This document shows positions 46,884 to 55,806 of a stretch of 64,000 bases of DNA, in pieces. This DNA comes from an uncultured Gammaproteobacteria bacterium (GTDB lineage: Bacteria > Patescibacteriota > Microgenomatia > Levybacterales > GWA1-39-11), in assembly GCA_964409875.1 (NCBI GenBank), contig CAYPEN010000001.1, positions 1,313-65,312 on the forward strand. Reading direction: 5' to 3'. The notes beneath the pieces are model-generated. The model saw nothing but the letters and a program-made list of their open reading frames with translations. It was not told where the DNA came from and did no database searches. Made by a program: the position numbers and the translations under genes. Within the stretch, counting starts at the first letter, position 1, and the number at the start of each line of letters is the position of its first letter.

Positions 46884-48064
46884 TAATCTACATAGACAAG
46901 GCGCATATCAAGCACAAGAGAGTGCTTTTGAGGGTTGATTTCAATGTCTCAATGAAAGGCAACCGGATCACTGATGACGAGCGCATCCGTTCAACGCTTC
47001 CGACAATATCAAAACTTCTCAAAGACGGGAATAAGATTATCCTTGTTTCACATTTAGGACGTCCTGAAGGATGGGATGACAAATTAGTCTTGCGTCCTAT
47101 CGCCAAAAGGCTTCATAAATATCTTCCACACGTTTCCCTTACCGTGGTTGATGATTTTATGTCCGAGGGGGCACAAAAAATTTTTGAAGAACAGAAATAT
47201 GGAGAAATCGTATTTCTTGAAAATATTCGCTTTTACGAAGAGGAAGAGGATCCTTCTACAAGTTCAGGACAAGAATTTGCGAGAAAATTAGCGTCCCTTG
47301 CTGATGTGTATGTCAACGATGCGTTTGGGGTTTCCCACAGGGAATGCGTATCCGTTACCGAAGTTCCTAAATTATTGCCGCATTATGGGGGGCTTCTTAT
47401 GGAACGTGAGGTTGAAACCATCGGGCACGCGCTCAAGCATCCCAAGCACCCGTTTGTAGCAATAATTGGAGGCGCAAAAGTCTCAACAAAATTAAAATTA
47501 TTATTCCGTCTTACAGAAATTGCAGATTATTTGGTTCTCGGGGGAGGACTTGCAAACACTTTGTTATTCGCTTTGGGTTATCCTGTTGGGAAAAGTTTGT
47601 GCGAAAAAGAGATGGTTGATGATGTCAAGAGGATAGTCAGGCACGCAAAAGAGACAAAAACGAAAATTCTCCTTCCTAGGGATGTTGTGGTGGGAAGCAA
47701 AGAAGGGAATGATAGTATCGTCAAAAAGATTTCAGAAGTGCAGCATAATGACATGATTCTGGATATCGGACCTGAGGCACAAGCAGACTACGCAAAAGCA
47801 ATACTTTCTTCAAAAACATTAATTTGGAATGGGCCTGTTGGGTATATGGAGAACCCGGAGTATGGCCGTGGTACGGATTTTTTGTACTACACAATTGCAC
47901 AAAACAAAGGATTGATATCAATTGTCGGAGGAGGAGATACATTGGCGGCAATTTCAAAAAAAGAATATTTGGACACAATCACCCATATCTCAACGGGTGG
48001 TGGGGCAATGCTTGAGTATATTGAAAATGGGACGCTCCCCGGAATTGAGGCATTAAAACAATAA
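46880..48064 (+). CDS. pgk: phosphoglycerate kinase
   Basis: KRVLLRVDFNVSM is the PGK N-terminal signature. IIGGAKVSTKL is the ATP-binding region. GGG near the C-terminus. 4-nt overlap with fba. Confidence 0.85.
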   Translation: MIIYIDKAHIKHKRVLLRVDFNVSMKGNRITDDERIRSTLPTISKLLKDGNKIILVSHLGRPEGWDDKLVLRPIAKRLHKYLPHVSLTVVDDFMSEGAQKIFEEQKYGEIVFLENIRFYEEEEDPSTSSGQEFARKLASLADVYVNDAFGVSHRECVSVTEVPKLLPHYGGLLMEREVETIGHALKHPKHPFVAIIGGAKVSTKLKLLFRLTEIADYLVLGGGLANTLLFALGYPVGKSLCEKEMVDDVKRIVRHAKETKTKILLPRDVVVGSKEGNDSIVKKISEVQHNDMILDIGPEAQADYAKAILSSKTLIWNGPVGYMENPEYGRGTDFLYYTIAQNKGLISIVGGGDTLAAISKKEYLDTITHISTGGGAMLEYIENGTLPGIEALKQ

Positions 48065-48132
48065 TCTTTGTAGGGTTCCCCCCGGGAACCCAAAGTAGGG
48101 TCCCCGAGGGGAGGAAAAGATCAGCGGAAGAG

Positions 48133-48324
48133 CTACACATGAGTGGCATTGCTGCCACCCATGCTTTTGACTGCGTGAAGCAGCCCTTTTCCAGCGAGGA
48201 AAACCAGCAAGTAGGCAACTGCTACCAGACTCCACATCAGAAGTTCTACCCACCAGCCGGTGCTGTTGGGGTTGGTGAACTCCTCAGGAGGGTAGGTGCC
48301 CGTGAAGGCATATGCTTTCTTCAT
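48133..48324 (-). CDS. island-2 small membrane protein (about 63 aa)
   Basis: MKKAYAFTGTYPPEEFTNPNSTGWWVELLMWSLVAVAYLLVFLAGKGLLHAVK has a C-terminal TM helix. Confidence 0.4.
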   Translation of the reverse strand: MKKAYAFTGTYPPEEFTNPNSTGWWVELLMWSLVAVAYLLVFLAGKGLLHAVKSMGGSNATHV

Positions 48325-48368
48325 CTGCGTTTTTCCAATGAGGGAGGTGAGACGTTGATGACGGGGCT

Positions 48369-48596
48369 TTACGCCCATTCTTTGCCTTCCGGCAGAAGCT
48401 TGGCTTCTCCTGAAAGGATGTCGGCGATGGTAGTTGATGTAGGATGGGTGTCACTGAGCGGGTTTTTTTCGAGAGCCGCTAGGTTGAATCCAAGCGCTCC
48501 TCTTTCGCACCAGCTTCCACAGTAGGTGAAACGAAGAACGTCTTTGGGGACCTTCGTCTCATCGTAGCGTTTTTTACAACGTTGGCACACTCTCAC
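48369..48596 (-). CDS. island-2 zinc-ribbon-like small protein (75 aa)
   Basis: GTG start. CQRCKK...YCGSWC gives four Cys in a CxxC-(21)-CxxxC arrangement. Confidence 0.4.
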   Translation of the reverse strand: MRVCQRCKKRYDETKVPKDVLRFTYCGSWCERGALGFNLAALEKNPLSDTHPTSTTIADILSGEAKLLPEGKEWA

Positions 48597-48597
48597 G

Positions 48598-48735
48598 TCA
48601 ATTCTCTGTTGGGTTGGGGCCGACTATCAAGCCGACGATGATGGTTGAGATGATGAGCGCGATGGCTGCAATGAGGGTCGCTGCGACGCATCCCTTTGGA
48701 AGAGGCTCTACCGAGTCATGCGACGTATCGTTCAT
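48598..48735 (-). CDS. island-2 small membrane peptide (45 aa)
   Basis: MNDTSHDSVEPLPKGCVAATLIAAIALIISTIIVGLIVGPNPTEN. Its stop is 1 nt from the GTG of the zinc-ribbon gene, which suggests coupling. Confidence 0.35.
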   Translation of the reverse strand: MNDTSHDSVEPLPKGCVAATLIAAIALIISTIIVGLIVGPNPTEN

Positions 48736-48866
48736 GTATTTCCTTTCTGACCTTTTTCAATGTGCAAGGAGGGGATGCCCCTCCACGCCGTTGAGGAAGG
48801 GGTCCAAACCTCACGCAGGCAATTATAGGCCTTCGAAATTAAAAAAACAATGGAAAGTGGACGAGG

Positions 48867-49529
48867 TTATACCTTAAATTTAAGGAAATATTCCTTCTTT
48901 GGGAGTTTTTCAAGGACGCTTAAAATCGTATCGCAATCATGTTTTTGACTTCTATGAGCACGCATTGCTTTTACTTTCGTTTCCCAAACAGTTTCAACAG
49001 AGACCTCCCAATCGGTTTGTTCTTTTACATATCCTTCAGGGAAGTAAATAAAATAATCACCCTGTTGCCGCCTGCGCTCCTCTTTTAGTATGCAGTAATA
49101 ATACAAATCCTTTATACTTTTCATGTGACTCACAACGTAGGTTACTACAAAACTCACCGTAATGTGGTCGATGTGCCCTGAGATGCCGCGTGGTTCAAAA
49201 GTTATAACCATATGGGGCTTTAATGCTTTGAATTTGCTTTTGAGCTTTTTAGCGATAGCGTGATATACACTATTAGAAAGGGTGCCGTCAACAAAGCCCA
49301 GACAGTATACTTTTTTGATCCCGAGTGTTTTGGCCGATTCTAAAAGTTCACTTTTCCGAATATTAGATAGCTTGTTTTCGGGATGTTTGATGCTATTTTT
49401 TCCGGCTTCTCCACCTGTAACACATATTAAATAAACATCGTGGGTTTTTGCCAATATGGCCAGAGTGCCAGCAGGGCCGAAGGCTTCGTCATCAGGATGG
49501 GCAAAAACAGCAACTACTGTTTTTCTCAT
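48867..49529 (-). CDS. PIG-L/LmbE-family N-acetylglucosaminyl deacetylase
   Basis: AHPDDE motif (VFAHPDDEAFGPAG). HxxH/D-containing GISGHIDH. Confidence 0.75.
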   Translation of the reverse strand: MRKTVVAVFAHPDDEAFGPAGTLAILAKTHDVYLICVTGGEAGKNSIKHPENKLSNIRKSELLESAKTLGIKKVYCLGFVDGTLSNSVYHAIAKKLKSKFKALKPHMVITFEPRGISGHIDHITVSFVVTYVVSHMKSIKDLYYYCILKEERRRQQGDYFIYFPEGYVKEQTDWEVSVETVWETKVKAMRAHRSQKHDCDTILSVLEKLPKKEYFLKFKV

Positions 49530-49560
49530 GTACCGGAATTATACACCAAGAATGCAAGAA

Positions 49561-50448
49561 TTAGAGGCTGAGGCGGAGCCCTGGGCTCATGGTAGACTTA
49601 AGCGTCACGGATGAGATTTTTTCGTTACCAACGCTTGAAAGAAAAGTTTTTATATTATCTTTGAGCTTGTTATCCTCAAAGCTTACTTTTCCGACAATGG
49701 CATGAATTATTGGGGCTTCACTTTCGGTTTTGAAACTGATTTGTCCGCCTGAAAGCTTTTTTACCGCTTCTTCAGGGTTTTCCGCAATTGTCCCATTTTT
49801 TGGATTTGGCATGAGCCCGCGGGGACCGAGAATCTTTGCGACCCGGGCAAGCTGCGGCATCATTTGGGGAGTTGCAACAAGCACATCAAAATTTATTTTT
49901 CCTTTGGCAACTTCAGCTAGTATTGCATCATCAGCGATTTTTATAACCAAAGTTTTTCCGGTCCCGTGTGGAAGGACAACTTGACCGCTGATTCCTTTTT
50001 CGCGGGTATTGATATGAAGCTCTACAGTTTCATCAAATTTTGATTTTTTGAACTTTTTAAGAGCTTCTAGCGCTTGGTCGAGTGAATAAGACTGAGTTTT
50101 TGAAACGAGCGTCTGGTTTTCTTTGTGTCTTTTTGATTCAACTTTGGCGTTAGCCTTTGCGAATTTTTCTTTTTTTGCTTTTTTCACCGGCTTTTCATCA
50201 ACAGGTTGGGCATCGGATTGTTTTTCTTCTTTTGCTTCTGCTGCATCTACTTTTGAAAGGTCCTCTGTTGCCTCAAGTTGTGCTTCAACAGCATCTTTTG
50301 CGACCGGTTCTTCAACCGTTTCCATTTCACCCTTTTCAGCCTTTTTTGCAGCCATCTTTTCAGCCTTTTTTGCTTCCCGTTTTGCTTTCAGTTTTGCCTC
50401 TTCCTCAGGGGAAGTTTCATCAAATGATTTAACTCTTATTTTACCCAT
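49561..50448 (-). CDS. rplA: 50S ribosomal protein L1 with about 110-aa K/E/A-rich N-terminal extension
   Basis: Core VELHINTREKG...LPHGTGKT...GPRGLMPNPKNGTI matches L1. The N-terminal region is low-complexity KKAEK/AKKEK. Confidence 0.85.
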   Translation of the reverse strand: MGKIRVKSFDETSPEEEAKLKAKREAKKAEKMAAKKAEKGEMETVEEPVAKDAVEAQLEATEDLSKVDAAEAKEEKQSDAQPVDEKPVKKAKKEKFAKANAKVESKRHKENQTLVSKTQSYSLDQALEALKKFKKSKFDETVELHINTREKGISGQVVLPHGTGKTLVIKIADDAILAEVAKGKINFDVLVATPQMMPQLARVAKILGPRGLMPNPKNGTIAENPEEAVKKLSGGQISFKTESEAPIIHAIVGKVSFEDNKLKDNIKTFLSSVGNEKISSVTLKSTMSPGLRLSL

Positions 50449-50565
50449 AATATTTAAAATTTTTAATTTTTAATTCTTAATTTATAATGAATGTTTCAAT
50501 TCTTTAATTTTAAAATTTAATCATTTGAATTTGATTTTAAATTTAAAATTTGAATTTAAAAATTC
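50449..50565. repeat. AT-rich element related to both flanks of the four-helix-bundle cassette, with no cargo
   Basis: aaaatttttaatttttaa matches the left flank 8631-8648. catttgaatttgattttaaatttaaaatttgaatttaaaaatt matches the right flank 9041-9080. They are in the same order but only about 40 nt apart. Confidence 0.35.
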
Positions 50566-50575
50566 TATTCTTGGT

Positions 50576-50626
50576 AAAGAACAAGCTCTGCTTATTCTTG
50601 ACTAAGAACAAGCTCTGCTTATTCTT
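50576..50626. repeat. tandem duplication of a hairpin-forming unit aagaacaagctctgcttattcttg in the rplK-rplA intergenic region
   Basis: Two adjacent copies. Each can fold as AAGAACAAGC-TCT-GCTTATTCTT with one mismatch. Confidence 0.6.
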
Positions 50627-51044
50627 GTACCTTTATACCCATCGAGCGGGCGGTCCCCTTTACGATTCTCGATGCCATTTCATCGTCTTTTGTATTCAAA
50701 TCGTCCATTTTCTTTCTTGCAACATTCAGAATTTGTTCCTTTGTGAGAGTTGCTGCAACCTCCCGGCCTGGTTTTTGTGAACCTTTCTCAATTTTCAGCT
50801 CCATTTTGATAAGTTCTGACATCGGCGGTTTTTTGACGATGAATGAAAATGTTCTATCTTCATATACCGAAATAACAACAGGGAGTAGAATCCCTTTTTG
50901 ATCTGAGGTTTTGTCATTGAAAGCCTTCACGAATTCCATGATTGGAAGTCCGTGGGGACCAAGAGCGGTACCAACAGGTGGTGCGGGAGTAGCCTCGCCA
51001 CCCTTGATAGCCAATTTTATGTATGTTTTTACCTTTTTTGCCAT
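50619..51044 (-). CDS. rplK: 50S ribosomal protein L11
   Basis: MAKKVKTYIKLAIKGGEATPAPPVGTALGPHGL is the L11 N-domain with the PPVGPALG signature. Confidence 0.85.
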   Translation of the reverse strand: MAKKVKTYIKLAIKGGEATPAPPVGTALGPHGLPIMEFVKAFNDKTSDQKGILLPVVISVYEDRTFSFIVKKPPMSELIKMELKIEKGSQKPGREVAATLTKEQILNVARKKMDDLNTKDDEMASRIVKGTARSMGIKVQE

Positions 51045-51165
51045 ATGTAGCTTATGTAATAAGCGAAATAAAGACTGGCTTCCTTAAAGTTTTGTTTGCG
51101 AAGCAAACTAAACTGAATCTTAATAAGGTGCCTGTGCTTATAAAGTCCTTTTAAAGTTTCAGTGA

Positions 51166-52059
51166 TTATATCTTCGAAACCTGAAGGAAGTCAAGCTCAA
51201 CGGGTGTTTCCCGTCCAAAAATTGAGACAAGTACTTTGACTTTCCCTTTTGCCTCATCAATTGACTCGACAGTTCCCAAAAAGTCTGAGAATGGTCCGTC
51301 TGTGATTTTGACTGCTTCTCCTTGAGTGAATTGCGCTTTGTAAACCGGTTCTTTTTGGCCTACGAATGCGACAATTGCCTGGACTTCATCATCTCTAATA
51401 GGAGTTGGTTTGTTCTGTGCACCTACAAATGAAGTAACACCTGGAGTGGTTCTCACCAAGACCCACGCTTCATCTGACAAATCCATGTTGACCAAAATGT
51501 ATCCGGGGAAGATTTTCTCCTTGATTGTTTCTTTTTTACCTCCACGGACTCGGATAGTGTCTCTCGTTGGAACAAGCGCGTCAAAAATTCTCTCTTCAAA
51601 TCCCATCGCCTGGACTCTTTGCATCAAGGTCTTTGCAACCTTGTTCTCGTGCCCGGAGTAGGTGTGGACGATATACCATTTTCCTCTATATTCTTTTTTG
51701 GGCGTAACGGGTGCTGGTGCGGGAGTTGCCTCTTCTTTGGCCGGCTCTTCCGCAGCTGCTTCCTCTATCATGTCCGTTGCATCTTCGGAAGTTTCCTCTG
51801 CACTTTCTTCGTTTGGGGCGGGGTCGACTACTTCGCTTTCTTCAATAGGCGCCTCAGGCGAATCCTGAATTTCATCAGCTACCGTTTCTTCAGCTTGATT
51901 TTCCTGAGTATCATCAGCCGGTACAGCTGATGCCAGTCCATCTTGCGATTCCGTGTCATCAGCTGGAACAGCTGATGCCATCATGTCATCCAGTGACATT
52001 TCGTCTGTATTATTTTGGTCTAATGTTTCCTCTTGTTTTAATTCGTCTTGTGTGTCCAT
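51166..52059 (-). CDS. nusG: transcription antiterminator NusG with about 120-aa acidic repeat-containing N-terminal extension
   Basis: NGN domain KWYIVHTYSGHENKV. KOW domain GEAVKITDGPFSDFLGTVESID. N-extension has a duplicated ASAVPADDT(E/Q) unit. Confidence 0.85.
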   Translation of the reverse strand: MDTQDELKQEETLDQNNTDEMSLDDMMASAVPADDTESQDGLASAVPADDTQENQAEETVADEIQDSPEAPIEESEVVDPAPNEESAEETSEDATDMIEEAAAEEPAKEEATPAPAPVTPKKEYRGKWYIVHTYSGHENKVAKTLMQRVQAMGFEERIFDALVPTRDTIRVRGGKKETIKEKIFPGYILVNMDLSDEAWVLVRTTPGVTSFVGAQNKPTPIRDDEVQAIVAFVGQKEPVYKAQFTQGEAVKITDGPFSDFLGTVESIDEAKGKVKVLVSIFGRETPVELDFLQVSKI

Positions 52060-52097
52060 AGATTAGTTGTTAGCTATTATCTATTAGCTATTAAATA

Positions 52098-52271
52098 TTA
52101 GCTAATGAGTAATTTTAGGAGTTGGGTGAAGAGCATATCCAAGCCCCCCAAGTAGAGCCCGACACCAACTGAAATTGCAATTACGATAATTGTCAATCGA
52201 ATTGTTTCCGGTCGGGTAGGCCAAGTAACTTTTGCCAACTCAGTCCTTACCTCCTTAATAAAGGTGAACAT
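52098..52271 (-). CDS. secE: preprotein translocase subunit SecE
   Basis: 57 aa, below the ORF-track cutoff. MFTFIKEVRTELAKVTWPTRPETIRLTIIVIAISVGVGLYLGGLDMLFTQLLKLLIS has the typical SecE amphipathic start and single TM. It is directly upstream of nusG, as in most bacteria. Confidence 0.7.
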   Translation of the reverse strand: MFTFIKEVRTELAKVTWPTRPETIRLTIIVIAISVGVGLYLGGLDMLFTQLLKLLIS

Positions 52272-52334
52272 AGCTTTCGATTATACATAAATAAGCTCAA
52301 TATGTAAAGTGTTTGACAATTCACAGTAAGCAAT

Positions 52335-52440
52335 TTAGACTTTACATATAGTAATTTTCAATTTTTAATTTTAAATTTTTAAATAAAACATTTTAATATC
52401 ATTGAAAATTATAAATTTAGAATTTAAAATTAGTTGATAT
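52335..52440. repeat. AT-rich element, third copy, with no cargo
   Basis: ttcaatttttaattttaaatttttaaataaaa resembles ttcaatttttaagctcaaatttttaatttttaaacaaataaaa at 8616-8657. aaatttagaatttaaaatt resembles the right-flank motif. It sits in the secE/galU divergent region. Confidence 0.35.
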
Positions 52441-53337
52441 ATGGCAAAGATTAGAAAAGCTGTAATCCCTGCCGCCGGTTTTGGAACCCGGTTCCTCCCC
52501 CAAACAAAAGCGATGCCTAAAGAAATGCTTCCTATTGTCGATAAGCCGATTGTCCAATATATTGTCGAAGAGCTTGTTGATGCCGGAATTGAGGACATCA
52601 TCATCGTTACGGGTTCCCACAAGAGGACAATTGAAGACCATTTCGACAGGCCTTCGATGGAGTTGGTTGAGAACTTACGGATGGGTGGGGAGAAAAAAAT
52701 GAAATTTTTGGAAGAGGCAGAACGCATCGCGTCGATGGCCAACTTTATTTATGTAAGGCAAAAAGGTCCGTATGGGAATGGAACGCCACTTATGAATGTA
52801 AAATCAATCGTTGGCAACGAACCATTTATCTATACGTGGAGTGATGATTTCATCAAGGCAGAGCCCAAATCCCGCTTCCAACAGATGATTGAGGTATACG
52901 AGAAATATAATTGTTCGGTGCTTGCATCTGTTAAGGCGAAAAGCGATGAGGATTATGACCGTTATGGATTTGCAGGAGGAGAACAAATAGAGGATGGTCT
53001 TATTGATGCTAAAACCATTATTGAAAAGCCAGGAAAGCAAAATGCTCCCTCAGACTTGGCCACGGTAAGCGGTTTCTTGTTAACTCCTGACATATTTGGC
53101 TACTTGGAGCAAGCGCTTAACAATCTTCGTGAAGGTGATGAGTTGTATTACAACGATGCACTAAAACTTATGTTGGGCGATGGGAAGCGGGTTTTGGCGT
53201 ATGAAATAAAAGATGGAAAATACTATGATACGGGTAACAAAATAGAATACATGAAGACAATTGTAGAATTTGCGCTTGCTCATCCGGGGATTAATGGGGA
53301 ATTCAGACAGTTTCTCAAAAGTCTCTCTCTAGACTAA
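52441..53337 (+). CDS. galU: UTP--glucose-1-phosphate uridylyltransferase
   Basis: MAKIRKAVIPAAGFGTRFLPQTKAMPKEMLPIVDKP is the canonical GalU N-terminus. Confidence 0.85.
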   Translation: MAKIRKAVIPAAGFGTRFLPQTKAMPKEMLPIVDKPIVQYIVEELVDAGIEDIIIVTGSHKRTIEDHFDRPSMELVENLRMGGEKKMKFLEEAERIASMANFIYVRQKGPYGNGTPLMNVKSIVGNEPFIYTWSDDFIKAEPKSRFQQMIEVYEKYNCSVLASVKAKSDEDYDRYGFAGGEQIEDGLIDAKTIIEKPGKQNAPSDLATVSGFLLTPDIFGYLEQALNNLREGDELYYNDALKLMLGDGKRVLAYEIKDGKYYDTGNKIEYMKTIVEFALAHPGINGEFRQFLKSLSLD

Positions 53338-53583
53338 GTGCGCAACCATCACTTCCCGCTCTTTTTCTGCTGCAATTCTGTGGGCGACATTCACTGCTAA
53401 AGCTTGTGCGATCCAATCTGTAGCGCTCGAAAGCTCAATGGTCGCGCTAATTACTTCAGGAAGAATATCTTTTACTTCGGGATGAAGACGCTTTGCATCA
53501 AATGCCGCTTTTCGTGCGAAGGGCACCGGGTCTTTCTCCAAGACCTGAATAGGCTCGCAATTATGAGGGAGGAGTTCTTGCAT
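53329..53583 (-). CDS. hypothetical small protein (84 aa)
   Basis: ORF with a plausible upstream promoter on the minus strand: TTGACA-17-TATTAT, 14 nt before the ATG. A palindrome CCTGCT...AGCAGG spans the -35. It overlaps the galU 3' end by 9 nt. No motif. Confidence 0.35.
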   Translation of the reverse strand: MQELLPHNCEPIQVLEKDPVPFARKAAFDAKRLHPEVKDILPEVISATIELSSATDWIAQALAVNVAHRIAAEKEREVMVAHLV

Positions 53584-53685
53584 GACCTTAATGCAATAAT
53601 ATTCCTGCTATTTGAACCTGTCAAGCAGGAAATATAGAAGATAATTATTGATAAAATGTGAGTTTGTTTGTAACATATCTCACAT

Positions 53686-54717
53686 ATGTCAGTAGTCTCC
53701 GAGCTTGGTGTTTCCCATGAATTGCCTTCAAGCTCACCGGAGGGTGTGTGGATATTTCCGGCGCAAGGAGACCTCAAGCCCGGAATCGGAAAAGAAGAAT
53801 ATATGACTTCCCCTGCTTTTCGCGCGCTCGTTGATACGGCTGACGAAATCATCGGAGGGGAGAGAAAATTTTCAGAGACAATTTTCGATGACCCCGATGG
53901 GGTTCTTGCTTCCCCTCCCAATGCGCATTTAGCACTCACAATAATTACTCTTGCAAAGCTTGAAATGGGAGTTGAGCAAGGAAAAATAACTGCTGCACCT
54001 ACTTCTATTATCAGTAACAGCGCTGGTGAAGTTGCTGCATTGTACGCTGCCGGCGTCACAAAAACGCTTGAACAAACTCTAAGAATTGCCAAAAAAAGAG
54101 GGGAGCTGACTGAAGAGGCAAGCCGGGGACATGATGTTCTGATGACAACTCTTTTAGCAACGAATGCAAATGTGAACATTTTGGAAAAAGCACAACTCGT
54201 TGTTGATGCTCTTACCGGGCGGGAGCAGGAAAATGAAGGGAAAGATACGGTTGTAATAAGCGGCATCAACTCACCGGTTTCAATTGGCCTTACCGGAGAC
54301 AGAAGGTTGGTGGAAGAAGCAAAGGCTCATTTGAAAGATATATCAAGAAAGCAAAATGATATGGATATGATAAAAATCGCATCCCACTGCGGAATAATGG
54401 AGGATGCTTCAAAAAAGTTTGGGGAATTTCTAAAAGGTGAGGAATTGAACGACCCACTGGTTGAGATGAATATGAATGGGGTAACGGCAAAAACATTAGA
54501 TGAAGTTTTGGAGAGGCTTGAGAAAGGGTTGGTAGAGCCTGTAGATTTTGTATCTTCTGTTGGAAATGTCACGACTGACGGTCAAGCGCCGACATTGTAC
54601 GAATTGTCGACCAAGCAAGTTGACCCTGTAAAAGGTGAAATTACCTCCGTCTGGGGAAGATTTGCGAATGACACGTTAAAGGCACAAGAAAAAGAATTGA
54701 AAGTAGTTGTTATATAG
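53686..54717 (+). CDS. FabD-like acyltransferase (ACP S-malonyltransferase family), divergent
   Basis: FPAQGDLKPGIG versus FabD FPGQGSQ. The nucleophile region ISNSAGEVAALYAAGV aligns with GHSLGEYSALVCAGV, with the Ser kept and His replaced by Asn. The downstream RGEL...EA block is conserved. Confidence 0.55.
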   Translation: MSVVSELGVSHELPSSSPEGVWIFPAQGDLKPGIGKEEYMTSPAFRALVDTADEIIGGERKFSETIFDDPDGVLASPPNAHLALTIITLAKLEMGVEQGKITAAPTSIISNSAGEVAALYAAGVTKTLEQTLRIAKKRGELTEEASRGHDVLMTTLLATNANVNILEKAQLVVDALTGREQENEGKDTVVISGINSPVSIGLTGDRRLVEEAKAHLKDISRKQNDMDMIKIASHCGIMEDASKKFGEFLKGEELNDPLVEMNMNGVTAKTLDEVLERLEKGLVEPVDFVSSVGNVTTDGQAPTLYELSTKQVDPVKGEITSVWGRFANDTLKAQEKELKVVVI

Positions 54718-55534
54718 TATTAACCGTTTTGTGGGGCAGGTACGTTGGTGGGACGATTTTTGTAAATTCATCAAATACGAACCTGTCTATGTTTCCCATC
54801 CCATCAACTTCAAGCTTATTTTTTGCCGCGTGTTCTGAAGACTTCTCAAGTGCCTCACTGAGTGTGAATGTGGGGCCATGATACACATCATAACTTCTGA
54901 AAAAATTAAATCCCTTCCGTTCGCCATAGTCTTCGGTTCCCGGTATACCAAAGGACATCAAATGGATGCCAATATTTGGAGTTTTTCTTGCAGCAATTCT
55001 GAGCAGCCCATTCACACTATCTTCCCCTTGATATTCAAGAGTGGCACGCCTCGTTGCCTGGGGAGCCATGATAACGACTTCGCCGCTTTCAAGGGCTCTC
55101 GTGGCGGCTTTTATATATGGGAGACTTCCGCTACCGACCCGAAGGTCACAGGGTATGCCTTTATCCAGTTCTTTTTGAATTGTTGCCGGGGTAACAACTG
55201 GATACATGTCAACACCCATCCGCTTTCCGACTGGAGGCACCATGCCTCGCACCGTCTGGTGCTTTGCAATTGGTCCGGTTATCTTCGTGTTTTTGAAAAC
55301 TTTTGACCTCATGAACGTATCCATTGCTTGCTCAGGGTCGCGTCTTGAAAAATGAGTGATAAGTGCTAATATTCCATATCCTTCCTGATGCAGTTCTTCA
55401 GCCCGTTGCATGCCATTGGTAACATGGATATTTTCACTAGGTAAAAACCATGGTTCCAGAACTCTTCTTGCAACTTGACGCGCAGCTTTCTGGGAAAAGT
55501 TTATTTCTTGTTGGGGGTTCTCAGGATGAGTCAT
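54710..55534 (-). CDS. lysophospholipid/glycerol-phosphate acyltransferase family protein (PlsC-like)
   Basis: HxxxxD motif in ITHFSRRDP. Size and position next to the FabD-like gene fit a lipid-metabolism role. Confidence 0.55.
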   Translation of the reverse strand: MTHPENPQQEINFSQKAARQVARRVLEPWFLPSENIHVTNGMQRAEELHQEGYGILALITHFSRRDPEQAMDTFMRSKVFKNTKITGPIAKHQTVRGMVPPVGKRMGVDMYPVVTPATIQKELDKGIPCDLRVGSGSLPYIKAATRALESGEVVIMAPQATRRATLEYQGEDSVNGLLRIAARKTPNIGIHLMSFGIPGTEDYGERKGFNFFRSYDVYHGPTFTLSEALEKSSEHAAKNKLEVDGMGNIDRFVFDEFTKIVPPTYLPHKTVNTI

Positions 55535-55806
55535 TAAGTTGTGATTGTATCACATTATAATTACGAGTAAAGAAAATGGAAATATTCAAACTATATAATC
55601 TCATAGTAATTGCGTTTTCCTTCAAAAATTAGTATAATTTGCAGGTTTTGAAATACTCAAACGGTTTGCATGTTTGGGATATTTCACTGCACATTTACAA
55701 CTTGGTTGCTTAAAACAATTTGTAGTCCTATACGGGAATGAAGTATTTTCGTTACCGGACAGGACTACAAAAAAATCGGTGGAATACCGAATGAAAGGAA
55801 AAAAAG

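Larger units (their letters stand above)
48065..48850. other. GC-rich island 2 (about 55% GC)
   Basis: Starts directly after the pgk stop with the palindrome GGGTTCCCC-CC-GGGAACCC (48073-48091). The right part has the hairpin GGAGGGG-ATG-CCCCTCC (48757-48775). Three small minus-strand ORFs. Confidence 0.55.

Noticed and set aside
53472-54269. 265-aa minus-strand ORF antisense to the FabD-like gene
   Set aside because: The plus-strand frame carries recognisable FabD motifs. The minus-strand product is S/P/C-rich with no motif.
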